This document shows positions 1 to 12,860 of a DNA stretch of 64,000 nucleotides, piece by piece. The position numbers and the translations under genes are program-made. This stretch comes from Octopus bimaculoides. Taxonomy: Eukaryota. The stretch lies in assembly GCF_001194135.2 (NCBI RefSeq), contig NC_068994.1:36159871-36223870 (forward strand), in the 5' to 3' direction. Within the stretch, counting starts at the first letter, position 1; each line of letters begins with the position of its first letter. The notes beneath the pieces are model-generated. The model saw only the letters and a list, made by a program, of their open reading frames with translations. It did no database searches and was not told the DNA's origin.

Positions 1-895
1 TCTACCAAATGCTTTGAGTACTATACTGAATGGCATTACAAGACATATTTTTTTTTTTTACCATAAAATCTCAGAAATATCATCTCATGTCCTATGTGGC
101 AAGTAGAGCCTATATTACATATTTTAATGAACTAAAAATATTTTTCTTGAATATGCTCTGCTGAAATTGGGATATGTATAATACACCAGTACATCTATTA
201 TGCCATCAAATACAATAATCTCAGTTAAGTGAAGTTTTTCAACTCACTATATTATTTGAAATCTTATTACATCCATCTTAATCTTTGAGTGACTGCATTA
301 CAAATCAAATATATGACTCATGCTCATGCTCATGTGTTTTAATATATAATGCTTTTTTTTTTTTTTTTTTTTGCTGTTTTCATGGATTCTCATGAGTCTG
401 GCACCATCCAGTTCTATTATTATGAATTTGAATCAGGGGCTTGAGTCATAGTGAATCTTTCATTAGCTGATTACACAACCATGGACGCCACCCCTATGGA
501 TGTTACTCTCTTGATAGAACTTGGTGATCCTGCCCATTGATCATCTACGATTCCTCCACTCAGCATCAATGTAAGAAGCCCCATTGGCTTAGTTGAGCTC
601 TTCTGCTACCTCTCCACAATTTGCCATCCTGCAGACCCATGACTGCCGTATCCCTGGCTGGGTGGCTGAACAGGTGCTATGCTTTGTCAAAAGCAGCCCA
701 TAACTATGCAGGACATGGTCATCACTCCATAAGATATTTTTAGAATACCTGCATACCCACAATTTTGAACATAACATATTTAAATGGGTATGGTGTGATC
801 TCACATATAAAACAACCTTCATGTTTTGCACCTAAGAAGCAGTAATATATTTTATCTACTTTTCCAATTTCTGAAGCATAATTGTTTCTACTATA

Positions 896-1092
896 GGAAC
901 AAGGCTTCAAATTTTGGAGGAGGGTCTAGTCGATTATATCGACCCCAATGCTTGACTGGTACTTACTTTATTGACCCTGAAAGGTTGAAAGACTAAATCA
1001 ACCTTGGTAGAATTTGAACTCAAATCATAAAGGCAAGCAAAATGCTTAGCAGCGTTTTGTTTGATGTGCTAACAATTCTACCAGCTCATCGC
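896..1092 (-). mobile_element. SINE family A copy (degenerate)
   Basis: Reverse complement matches the family seen at 7838-8030 and 41950-42168 (ggcagaattgttagca...gagttcaaatt...ctttcatcctttcggggtc...aagtaccag). Confidence 0.75.
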
Positions 1093-1843
1093 TTTAACAC
1101 TGAAGCATAATGTCACCCATTAATATTTTGACCATAAATTTCAACCTCAAAAGTATGAAAGGCAACATTGACTTTGGTAAGAGTTGATCTTAGAACACAG
1201 AGAACCAGAACAGATACTGTAGAGTATTATATGTAATGCTCTAAAGGCTCGGCCAATTTGCCGAGCAACAGAATCCCAAACTATTAGAGAGTCAAGCAAA
1301 GCAATTTGCAGTAACAGCCCAAGTCAATGGTATGGAGAAGAGAGAGACTTGTACAAGCATGCATGGGCATCTGCCAGTCTTCCCAAAGTATTTTGCACAG
1401 ACTTGCATATATACATGTGCAGCTATACAGTCAATCTTGACTGAACCATCAGAAGCTCTATAAGTGTGTGTGTGTTTGTGTGCATACATGCATACACACA
1501 CACACATATATATATATATATTTGCACTAAATTATATATCCTTGAATAAAGCAAGTTTATTTTTTAACCTTGGAAGTAAGTATTCTATTATATATCTATG
1601 TATATAATAGAAATATATTTACCTCCCATCTGTCTATATCTATATGTATGGAAATAAAGATATGAAATTGTTTTCACATAACAAATGTCTTCATATAACA
1701 GTTTTACAATAAAAAAAAATAGTGTATATTTTCACTGGGTCACTTTTACACACACACATATATATATATACACACATACATATATAAATATATAGATGCA
1801 TACACATATATATACACACACATATATAAATAGACACACACAC

Positions 1844-1880
<37 letters not shown>

Positions 1881-1959
1881 GAGAGTGAGAGAATCACATA
1901 TTACAAAATAGTTTTACTGAAACAAGATTTACTGAATAAAATTTTAATGCACATTGTAT

Positions 1960-2120
1960 ATGTGGCTGTGTGGTAAGAAGTTTGTTTCTCAGTCACATGG
2001 TTTTGGGTTTAGCACCACCGTCTGGCATCTTGGTCAAGCCAATGAGTTAGTTTTCAGCCCTGAGCTGACCAAAGACTTGTGAGTCTATTTAGAAGACAGA
2101 AACTGAAAGAAGCCAATTGT
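1960..2120 (+). mobile_element. SINE family B, 5' half (tRNA-like head)
   Basis: gtggctgtgtggtaagaag...gaccaaag-cttgtgagt...gaaactgaaagaagcc recurs at 44090-44425, 45590-46040(-), 56500-56850(-) and 59540-59660. Confidence 0.7.
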
Positions 2121-3949
2121 ATTTACATATATTTCTATTATATATATAGAGAGATATAATAGAAATATTTACCTCCTGTGTTAAAAAATAAAATAAGTAA
2201 TAGTTGATTACTGGGGTCAATGTAAACGACTTACCCACTTACCCGAAATTGCTGGCCTTGTGCCAAAATTTGAAATCAGTATAACTTTACTGTCTTTTTT
2301 TCAAAACATATTCTGAGGATAGGTTTTAATTTATATAGAAACTGTTTTGTATCATAAAAGCTGGTATGGTCTCCAGTGAGAATGCTATCAATATGATCAA
2401 CACTAATCAAAAACATCAAGTTTAAAATATTAACAATTATCGAAAGCATTCTTCAAAATCCAGAAGAAATTCTGTAAACTGAAGTTCTAATTCTCAAAGG
2501 CATAGTATCACGCTTATTCAGAAATATTGACATCTGTATATTTACATAGAAAACATACATGTATGATGAGCACAAATATGAGAACCTAAAAATATACAGA
2601 TATATATATATATATATATGTATGTATGTGTGTGTCTTTATGTATTTATGTATGTGTGTGTGTGTTTTACTTTGAGTTTTATTTAAATTCTCGGGAGAGT
2701 TCGCNNNNNNNNNNNNNNNNNNNNNNNNNNNNNNNNNNNNNNNNNNNNNNNNNNNNNNNNNNNNNNNNNNNNNNNNNNNNNNNNNNNNNNNNNNNNNNNN
2801 NNNNNNNNNNNNNNNNNNNNNNNNNNNNNNNNNNNNNNNNNNNNNNNNNNNNNNNNNNNNNNNNNNNNNNNNNNNNNNNNNNNNNNNNNNNNNNNNNNNN
2901 NNNNNNNNNNNNNNNNNNNNNNNNNNNNNNNNNNNNNNNNNNNNNNNNNNNNNNNNNNNNNNNNNNNNNNNNNNNNNNNNNNNNNNNNNNNNNNNNNNNN
3001 NNNNNNNNNNNNNNNNNNNNNNNNNNNNNNNNNNNNNNNNNNNNNNNNNNNNNNNNNNNNNNNNNNNNNNNNNNNNNNNNNNNNNNNNNNNNNNNNNNNN
3101 NNNNNNNNNNNNNNNNNNNNNNNNNNNNNNNNNATATATGTGTGTATTTATATATAAAAAAGAGACCACTAAGTGGACTGGTAATGTGCTAGAAGAAGAT
3201 CACTTAAAAATTCTCAAAGAAAATTCAGCGAAGCAAAAACAGGCGGGTGAGACTAATGAAAATTAAAATTACTAGGTTATCTGTAGACCATGGTTTCAAA
3301 ATCAACATTTTCTTACTGAAAATATCTGTTTCTCTTCAGTACTGACTGCCATAAATAGTATATAAATATACTATAATCCTTTTGAGATCTCAGAAAATTT
3401 TTTCTGAATCTTCGGATTCTTTTAATGTGCTGGTTTCCTGGTATTAAAATGATATTAATTAATATCAAATTTTTACTCTATTATGTTAATTATCTATGTA
3501 TGTATGTATGTATGTGCATATTTAAGTATGTATGTGTATGTATGTAGGTGTGTGTGTGTGTAAGTATGTACATATGCATGTATGTATGTACTGTGTTCAT
3601 ACTAAAAACACAATAGTCCAAGCACATAGTTAGTGCACATAAATGTTAATATGTACAAGATGAAAGTGCAATCAGAAGCAGCAGAAGTATTGCATAGCAT
3701 ATTGCAGTTTAAATCCTTTTACGCTTCTGTTTCAACATCTTACTCTAGATCAGGGGTTCCCAACCATATTGTATCTATGGACCCATTTGATTACTATTCT
3801 TTTCTAGTGGATGTCCACAGTCATTCCATGTTTAAAATCTAGATTAATAGAAACTTCTTTCAGAATTCCTTTTTTGTTGTTGCTGTTGTTGTTATGGTGG
3901 TGGTGGCGGCGGCGGTGGCGGCAAAGGTGACGGTGCGTAGTTTTCGAGA

Positions 3950-5870
3950 AGAGAGAGTATCTTCTTGCTAAGTGTTGAAAGAATAGAGTATGATAAAGGG
4001 GCAAGCACAAATGTCTTGCTAAAGAGTGGGTAGACAGTTGGAGTAACTGAGAAGGAAATAAAAGAAAATAGTGAATGCATGCCAGAGCAAACTCTCAAGG
4101 TACAAGAAGATGAACATAAGAGAGGATATGATCTGTTGGTTGTGGTAGAGAAGGAGAGAGTGGAAATTCTTATTTTGATAAATATCTATTAACTGTATGA
4201 TGCACTTGAAAAAAAAAACATTGCCAAAGGTCATTAGTTTGTTTGATATTCATGTCTGAATCAAGGTCCCTTAGTGGGTGAAACTGAAAAACCCACAACT
4301 TATACACCCAATGAGCCAAGAGCATAATTTCTGTTACTAAATCATATTCAATAAAGTAGAATTTATATTTAATATCTTTGTTACATCTGATATATATATT
4401 TGTATTTTATGGTTAAAGAGACACTGAAAGTCAGCATAGCGCTGCAGTTTGTTGGATCCTGTCAAACTGTTCAACCTATGACAATATGGAAGACAGAAGT
4501 TAAATGATGATGATGATAATGATGAAGAAGAATTATTGAATTTTAGTATCAGGTAAAGTTTTTAAAAACCAGCATAAAACGAAGCGCTCGGTTTATATAA
4601 GGGAAGTAACTCTAAAAATGCATACATAGTTATTTCCCTTAGACAGTCTAACGACGTTTTGTATCTTCCAGTTCAGCTAGATTTATTTTCTCTATTTCTC
4701 GCGACTGCTATGCCCATATCAGCAAGCGATTGTGTTACTATACTTGTGGGAGAACGTTTTCCTCTGCATTAGTCCTCTGCATCTGGACATGTAAATACGA
4801 TTTGATTACTGGGATCTCAAAAAATACTAAATTCATAATTACGGATAATTTGGGGATAATTACGATATGCTACGGAAATTTTGAATAATTATTTAAATTT
4901 CAAATTATTTTGTCGAGGCCATTCAACTAAGTGATTACTGCTACGAAGGCATTTGAGATTTGTTGCTTATGCAACAAGGTGAAGAAATACCTTGCTGAAA
5001 TTGTATTCAGAAAAATCCCATCTCATAAATATTTAAAGCACCTTTACCACTAACGATGTGTTGGTTTAATCATCGTAAATTAATCAACAAAAACAGCTCT
5101 TTTCTCAGAAATTAGAGTGGAGGAAATGTTTATTGATTTGAAGTGTTCAGCTTAGTGCCAGTGCAAGATATGAATTCACAAATCCCCACTTTTTAAAAGA
5201 TTTCTCAAAGAATAAGCCAGTTTCAAGTAAAATACAAATAAAAACATTGAATAAAATATGCAAATTAAGAGATGCTGTACTTAAGCTACGGACCAATATT
5301 GTGGATATGTCAATCCAAGTCGGATATTAAGGTGATGAGTTAATATGGTGGACAGGGGTGAGAAGCCTGGAAGGAATGAAAGAATGTGAATAGCAAGTAA
5401 ACATATCACAAGGCTATACCAGAAGCAAGATACAGTCCCACCTGGTCCTTGGGTACTTTTAGGTGTATGCATACTGTTGTAAGTATCTGAGCCAGATCTA
5501 AATTTTGAGGAAATGTTCCTATCCTCCTTTCCAACCACCATGCTCAAACTACTGTAAATAGTAATAAATATTGGTCTTCCACGTCTGGTTAACTCATTCG
5601 TTCTTTTTTAATATATCAGATGTATCTAACCAGAAGAGAAAGATGAAACTAAAAAGTTTTGTAATTTTCTGTACTGTGGGGATGAAAAGTGCGAAATATC
5701 CCTAATTACCAGGCAATGTGTTTGTATGAACCATGATATCATTGGAGAAATAAAAGTGTCTGAAACAATACTGGTGCACTTTCCTTTAGTGATAGTGAGA
5801 AGAACTTATGGATTACTATACAGAACTGTAGAATAAGGAGTATGAGAAATGTGGGGAAGGAGTTCTCTAA
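3950..5870 (+). mobile_element. Scattered, highly decayed RTE-clade LINE fragments (endonuclease to linker), interrupted by other DNA
   Basis: Manual translation gives LAKEWVD (cf. LAERWVDK in the 48766 ORF), ATDQYCG and DIIGE-K-V-NNTGALSFSDSEK. These are collinear with RTE ORF motifs but full of stops. Confidence 0.45.
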
Positions 5871-7837
5871 GTGAAACCAATAGGAAACCTTCAATTACTT
5901 TGATAATGACATAGCAGACATAGCAAAATGTCTATTTACACTAACATGAAAACTAACAAGAAACATTAACATCAACTTGACACCTCGATTAGATTATATT
6001 TTCAACATCTAGCATGAGCAAACTTGTTTATGATACTAGACATGATTAGTTTCTATTTCCATTTCCCACAGAAATTAGTGTTCAATGGTTCATTATAGTA
6101 AGTCTTCTCAATCTACTTTTATCTTTTACAACTCTGAAAATGATTATTCATTACTAAAATATGCAGCTATAATAGTGATGTGAAATCTTGAATATTTTTG
6201 CATTCTGAATACAAAATTATGAGTGCTTATTTGTTATCAGGCAGCAAAATAGAAGCACTACAGAATCTTTTTTTAACATAACTAGCCGCAAAGTTATATT
6301 TAAAAAAGTGCTTTTTCTTTAAATTCTTTATTCCTGATCTTCAGGATATGCAACAACAAGGTCAGTAAATTGCTTTATATCATCTTTGGATGTAAATAAT
6401 TAAATCTATGAAGGAATCAACTGTAAGCTGTCGAGTTGATACTGTTATTGTTTAACACAAGATCAACCCTGAGACTGGGCAGCAAACCCATGATCAAAGG
6501 TATTCTAGTTACAACCATCCCTTCTTTTATTTAGACGTAGTATAACTAGGATTGTATTAATTAGATTTTAAAGATGATAGGGTGCAATATAAAGGAGATT
6601 TAGCTGCTATAACTAGCAGGTTAAATAACACATAGAACCCCAGACTATCTGACAATCTCAAACAAGTCAGAAATCAAATTGTACATAATGATCAGAGACA
6701 TGTCAGTTTTAAAATTGCTTGTGTTGCCTTGGGTTTCTTGCCAGTGGCTGTCTCAGTGAAAAGATAATTGGTTTTCTGCAATAAATCTAAGAAAGTATAT
6801 TGCATTATTTGAATATACTGAAATACAGACATATAAAATGCACTAAGTATATTTACATTCTGGCTCGCACATTGCTAAATGACACTGATAATTTCTTTGC
6901 TGATTAGTAAGTCTGAGAGAGAGACACACAGTTCCAATACATCTTGAAGGTGAGCTTAATGCAGTTAAAAGTTTAATTTGTACTTTTTTCTGTAGGTAGA
7001 TGTTTGGGGATAAGAAGTATAGCAGGAGAAATTCTGGGAGAGAAGTTATGTAAGGAATCCAATTTTGGAGAAAATGGACAGAGTAAAATGTTTATATTCA
7101 GATGGAATCCAAGTAGAAAAATAAGTGCATTCAATAGGTTTTATGTAAGGGTGAGACATCTCAACTTCAGATGACCAGTGAGAGAGGGAGAATAGTGAGT
7201 TAGTGAGTAGGTTGACAGTTGTCACCTATTCATTCAGGTGACCTTTTTACGCACGTTTCAGAAAGGATATGACTACAGCCGGTCTACTAACTTAAATATA
7301 TGAGAAATATGCTAGTGTGAGGTTTCTTTTTATCTTGGGAAATATACTAACAGTTCAGAGATAGTATAATTGTTGCTTCTGTCAAGAAGACACAACTTTT
7401 AGAAGCAGTTTTCAATTTGTTATATAGTTGATATGTATCAGTCTCATTCACTCTTGTACTTTCGAGTACATTAGGTTGACAGCACTAGTTTCTGTTGGCC
7501 ATGGTTTTCTCTGCATGAGGCCATGTGATATTGGCCTCTCCTATCAGTTAAGAATGTTCTGCATCAGCACACGACCACTAACGAATTCATCACAGAAAGA
7601 AGATTAAATCTAGCAAATTACATATTCTGGCTACCAGAACAATGCCATTCTAAAACAGCCTTCTAGCTTATACGTAACACTATGAAAAGTCAAACATCAG
7701 CAGAAATGATTGAGTCTTAACAGTTGTTGTAAGTTTAATGATTAGCTGTGGGTTGGTAATGAGCAAGAAGGCTGTAGAGTTGGAGGTGAGTGTTTATTTA
7801 TTTATTTATTTATTTATTTCAGTATGTGTTATGATTG

Positions 7838-8030
7838 TAAGGTGGCAAGCTGGCAGAATTGTTAGCATACCCATGCAAAATGCTTAATGGCTTTTCATCT
7901 GTCTTTACATTCGGAGTTCAAATTCTGCTGAAGTAGACTTTGCCTTTCATCCTTTTGGGGTCAATAAAATAAGTACCAGCAGATTTTTCTCCCCCAAAAT
8001 TGCTGGTCTTGTGCCAAAATTTGAAATCAA
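7838..8030 (+). mobile_element. SINE family A copy
   Basis: Same consensus as 41950-42168; ends in ccccaaaattgctggtcttgtgccaaaatttgaaa. Confidence 0.8.
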
Positions 8031-8433
8031 TATGTGTTATGACTGTAACTTACTATATGTATGATGAGTGTATATTGGTGGAGTTGAATAGGACTAGGTC
8101 ACCAAGTTCACCATGACAGGATACTTCTGAGACCTTTATTCATAGAGTTATTTATGCTTGGGGAAAAGTATGTAGGTTGCACATGTATGCTTGTATTCAG
8201 AAATTTAGTTTAGTATCATCTTAATTAAAGTGCATGAAATTAGAGATATATGTGCAGGTCAGTAAAAGATAGTATGGAAGATACAATTGTACCTTTGGTA
8301 CATCAAATTTGATCAAATCAAGAGAGCTTTGTAGATGTCAAGCATGCTCCATGAGAAAACAGAGTAGTTAGTAGACATTAAAATGATTTAGATAATTTTC
8401 TATAAAAGACATTAGCACTATGAGACAATTTTT

Positions 8434-8640
8434 AAATTTTGTTAAATTTTGGCACAAGGACAGCAATTTCAGGGGAGGGGTACATTGATCTTAGTGTTTA
8501 ACTGGTACGTAATTTATCAACTCCAAAAGGATGAAAGGTAAAGTCAGCTTTGGCAGAATTTGAACTCAGAATATAAAGACAGCTGAAATGTTACTAAGCA
8601 TTTTTCCTGGCCTGCAGACAATTCTGCAGCTTGACTCCTA
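8434..8640 (-). mobile_element. SINE family A copy
   Basis: Reverse complement is similar to 7838-8030. Confidence 0.8.
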
Positions 8641-8686
8641 TGTATATCGAAAACAAAAAAATATCTCATCTTGTGCATGCATGTTT

Positions 8687-8719
<33 letters not shown>

Positions 8720-9196
8720 TTGCATGCATGTGTGTGTGCACATGTACATGTATGTGTTTGTGTAAGGAAAGAAAAATGAATTGCAACTATGTATGCATGC
8801 AAACAAACTCTCTCATACACAACATAGTAGATGCACACCACTTGTATTTGCACACACATAAATGTTTGCTATTTTAAGCATTCAATGAAATGTCTCACAC
8901 AATTAACTCAGTCACCAGCAGTAAATAATTTAATACATGTGTGTATGCAAACACTCACACATATACACATGCACACACACATTCACACACAGTCACACAC
9001 CTTTATTTTAAAGCTGATTCCATGGTATCTGGTGTAAACATCAGCACACATTTATATATGCATATATATATATATATATATATGTATATAAATATGTAAA
9101 TATATGTGTATATATATACTATATTATATATACACACACATATATATATGTATATATTATATAAACATATGTATATATATGTTTATATGTATATAT

Positions 9197-9380
9197 ATAA
9201 AGTAAAAAGTAAGAGTCAAAAGGAAGAGTAAGTATGGTTAGGCAGCTTTTTAATTGCTACGTAAATCATTACATAATTTAATTTAAACTTAACTTTAAAT
9301 CCTGTATATATGAGGATCTGTATGTATCGAAACATTTGTACTTACTCTTCATCTTGACTCTTTTACTTTTTACTTTTTAT
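9197..9380. repeat. Inverted-arm (foldback) element enclosing a decayed hammerhead-like motif
   Basis: Arms 9197-9234 and 9339-9380 are reverse complements with a few substitutions and indels. Inside lies ctg[tatata]tga-g-gat...atc-gaaac-attt-gta. Confidence 0.65.
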
Positions 9381-9509
9381 TTTCACACACGAGGAATACC
9401 TAAGACTAGAATTGGTAGCATACCATAAGAATGCTACCGGCTATTTGGGAATTCTAAGGGTGAACGAGCTCTATTTGTACTTTTATACATTCTTAACAAA
9501 ACACACCTC

Positions 9510-9587
<78 letters not shown>

Positions 9588-9629
9588 TACAAATGAGAGA
9601 AAAAGGAAATGGAATTCACGAGATTCTCC

Positions 9630-9682
9630 TTTATTAATCACAATTATTTTGACCCATCTTGCATTGGTCTCTCACAGGTGAG
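9630..9682 (-). ncRNA. Degenerate hammerhead ribozyme remnant (Penelope-like terminal repeat)
   Basis: Minus strand reads tcac-ctgtgaga-gacc...ggtc-aaaat-aatt-gtgattaataaa. Same end sequence as 63805-63920; core boxes are damaged. Confidence 0.5.
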
Positions 9683-10122
9683 TTACTGTATATCCTTCGG
9701 TGCAAACGTGTCTCGTTAGGTGACTTTTCAAAAGGTACCTTGCTTAATAAACTCATTTTCACTTGGTTCAATTATAATGCATGTCATTATTTGCCAGCAA
9801 CTGGTTGCATTATGATTAATATCTTTTGTTTTTAGTCAGCCTACTTTTCCTGTCCTCATGCCACATCACTTGTTAGCATGTTCTGAGATGTAGTGAACTG
9901 TCATGTAATTGCTGATGGGATGAGAGAAGGGTGAACTCCATAAGTGCATTACTAGAAAATTTTTATATCAGACATATTTAAAGGTTTTGCTGATATCCAA
10001 AACAACAGATTTGATATCAATTAAATTTTCAATAGGAAGTGATTATTAATGCACAATGTAATAAAAGCTAAGCAAATTTCCATTGTGTGTGACTCTATGG
10101 AAAGAGTATTATGAATTTATGT

Positions 10123-10349
10123 TTAATCTTTTAGCATTCAGATTACTCTGTCAAATGTAATACATATTCTTTCAGATTGCTTTGAATTAATTATGCTTTA
10201 TCTTGTAGCTTTGAGATTTTAATGATGTGACTGTATATTTTTACAATGACATTGTTAGGCATGTGTGAGAGGGTAGATTTAATCAGTTTGAACATAAAAC
10301 ATAGAAAATTTGGGGCTGGATATGGCCGATTTAAATGCTAAAGGGTTAA
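10123..10349. mobile_element. TTAA-flanked MITE (piggyBac-type ends)
   Basis: Starts ttaa-tcttttagcatt and ends aatgctaaaggg-ttaa: imperfect TIR with TTAA on both sides. Confidence 0.65.
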
Positions 10350-12063
10350 AAATTGGAAACAGGAAATGAGAGAAGATGTGGTCTGTACTATGTGATCTGA
10401 GGGCTTATAAATCCAACATTTTTATCAAGACACATTAAATTTGGTGTTTTTAATTCAGTTCTGGTGTATCTTGGGTGGGGAATTATTGTGCCAATAATAA
10501 ACCCTTGAACCTGTTCTATTTCACTTTATTATTATTATTATTAGTTAATTGGTTAACCATTTAACCAAGTCACTATTGAAATGCTTGATTAATCTTTCAG
10601 TCAACCAACCAATTGGTTAGGTTTGTCAAAGTTCTTTTGTTGCCATTTGCTACTTCATCATGATACACCCTCTTTCTACTCCAGATCAGCATAAGATCTC
10701 ATATTTCACTATCATTTTAGATTGATCTAAAAGGTTGTTGAATGTTTTATTCATTCAAACAACCCTCACGCCCACTGTCTTTAAAACAAGAAGAATGATA
10801 CATTAGATAATGTAGTTCTGTTTGAATAAAAAAACACTATTGGAAAAAAAAAAGTAAAAATGAAGAGTTATTGCTGGAATGTCATGGTTTGCTCAATTAT
10901 GGTTGACCTGAGACTAAATAACAATAGTGGTAAATCAAGCAAATGTATCCTTAGCTGTGGTTTTTAGCCAGTTGAGAAGACACATACAGACTTCCTTACA
11001 GGTAGTATGAGTTGATAACAGAGACAACCAATTACCTTGAGTGTTGCAATCAGAGATGTTTTTTTGCTATTAGCCTGCAGCCATGCTGGGGTATGACCGT
11101 CAAGAATTCTTAGTCAAATGAATAAAACCCAGTACATCTAATTTTTTTTAAAGCCTAATACTTATTTTGCCAGTCTCTTTTGCTGAATTGCTAAGTTACA
11201 GGGACATAAACACACCAACATTGGTTGTCAAGCAGTGGTGAGGGACAAACACAGACACACACATATATATGTATGTATGTATGTATATATATATATTTTG
11301 CTGGGCATGCTAATGATTTTGCCAGCTTTGCCTTAAATTTTATAAATATTGATCATTGATGAGTATTAAAATATATTGGGCCTCTGCATTAAATATGTTA
11401 GCTATTTTTATGGCTACAACATTTTCAGTTTCAATTTTGTACTATTTAATACAATATTATTGCAAGAAAAATGTTCAAGTAGGAAAAATAAAAGACAATG
11501 ACATTTTAGCAATATTTTTTTTTCTTTTAGATAATTATATAATTGAGTTTAGTTACAGTGATGTAAGTCTAATGGCTGAGAGGACATCCTTCTTCTAATC
11601 CAGTCATTATCATACAGCAGACAGATTATTTATTTATATAATTATATTATTTAGTTAAGTTTCATAAAAGGATGGGGAGAAAAACATTTTAAAAAATTGA
11701 TGGAAGAATTATCTTATTGATTTATAAATATTATGTATATTGTGAGATTGTTGTTCATCACAATCCTGTACAGAATCACTCAACTTTACTTTAAAGAAAA
11801 ACAAATAGAATAATTAATAAAAAGGACAAGGTAAAAAAAAAAATGGTAAATTGAATTTTTTGAGAGAGACACCTAACCAGCAGCTTCAATACAAAAACAA
11901 GCAAACAAATAACCTGTAAGAAATAGAAGTGAAATCTCTCCTCATATCAGCTTTAAAGGTTCAAGTAACACATTCACACATTATATATATATATTGATAG
12001 AAAAGACAACAAAAGAAAGAAAGAGACCTCGATATTATGTAAATAGAGGATAGGTATTTTCAA

Positions 12064-12137
12064 TGGCCAGATAACTGAAGAGATGGCAGCATGGGTTTCC
12101 GCCCCGGCATCCGAAACTTGGAGTTTTATCATGGCTA
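12064..12137 (+). ncRNA. Type I hammerhead ribozyme
   Basis: Stem I tggcca-gataa / ttatc-a-tggcta; CTGAAGA at 12075-12081; stem II GATG/CATC with a bulged C; GAAAC at 12113-12117; short stem III; GTT cleavage triplet at 12123-12125. Confidence 0.75.
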
Positions 12138-12396
12138 CCGAATAAGTGTCACATATTTTTACAGATAAATTCCTATATATATGTATGTATGTATATATAC
12201 ATAGGGCTGGCTTCTACGCAGTTTCCATCTACTAAATTCACTCAAAGCATTGGTTGGCCCAGGGATATATATTATATACATATATATATGATAGATTTTC
12301 TCATCAGGTTCAATAATAATATAAAATAGTGATCATGTTCTATGGACATGCATGTGTTGCTTGAGGCCTGCTGGAGCCTTACAAACCTTTTGGTAA

Positions 12397-12722
12397 ATGG
12401 AACAAGTTGAGGACTCATTTTACTCGAGTGCTTGCGCATCTTTTACTAAGTGTTTTCTTGAGAGGACAGCAAGGCCTGCTTTGCTGCATGCTACAAAACC
12501 ACAATGGCAGGTAGGTTTTCATTTAGAGACGCAGAGTTTTGCCAGCATGCCTTCATGCTTACAAGAAGCTGGTCCCAATGTTGGAACTGAGGAGAAGCAT
12601 GACTGGTGCCAGGTTCTGTGTTCTGATGCTTTGTTATCCCAGTGTGCAATGGGAATGTTGCATCACTTCCAACTGATCTTCTTGTTGGGAAGTGTTGAAA
12701 GGGAAGCTGCTTCAGAATTCTG
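12397..12722 (-). mobile_element. RTE (BovB-like) LINE 3' coding end, decayed
   Basis: Minus-strand translation KKISWK*CNIPIAHWDNKASEHRTW...KPTCHCGFVACSKAGLAVLSRKH matches the RTE C-terminus with its terminal Cys/His motif. Confidence 0.6.
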
Positions 12723-12767
12723 ATATCACTCATACATGAGAGATGACCTGACTATCTAAGCCGTCTA

Positions 12768-12769
12768 AG

Positions 12770-12847
<78 letters not shown>

Positions 12848-12860
12848 GTGTGTGTATATA
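12768..12860. repeat. (TA)n microsatellite with TG interruptions
   Basis: Seen directly in the sequence. Confidence 0.95.

Noticed and set aside
589-831. ORF containing ILWSDD, similar to the Tc1 motif
   Set aside because: No other DDE motifs or TIRs were found; too decayed to assign.
2453-3192. Long ORFs spanning N-runs (also at 17528-18000, 20189-20782, 46469-46948, 58495-58966)
   Set aside because: They are open only because gap Ns translate as X.
5281-5547. Minus-strand ORF resembling an exon (MSMVVGKEDRN...)
   Set aside because: The plus strand of this region matches decayed RTE motifs (ATDQYCG), and the splice donor is weak.
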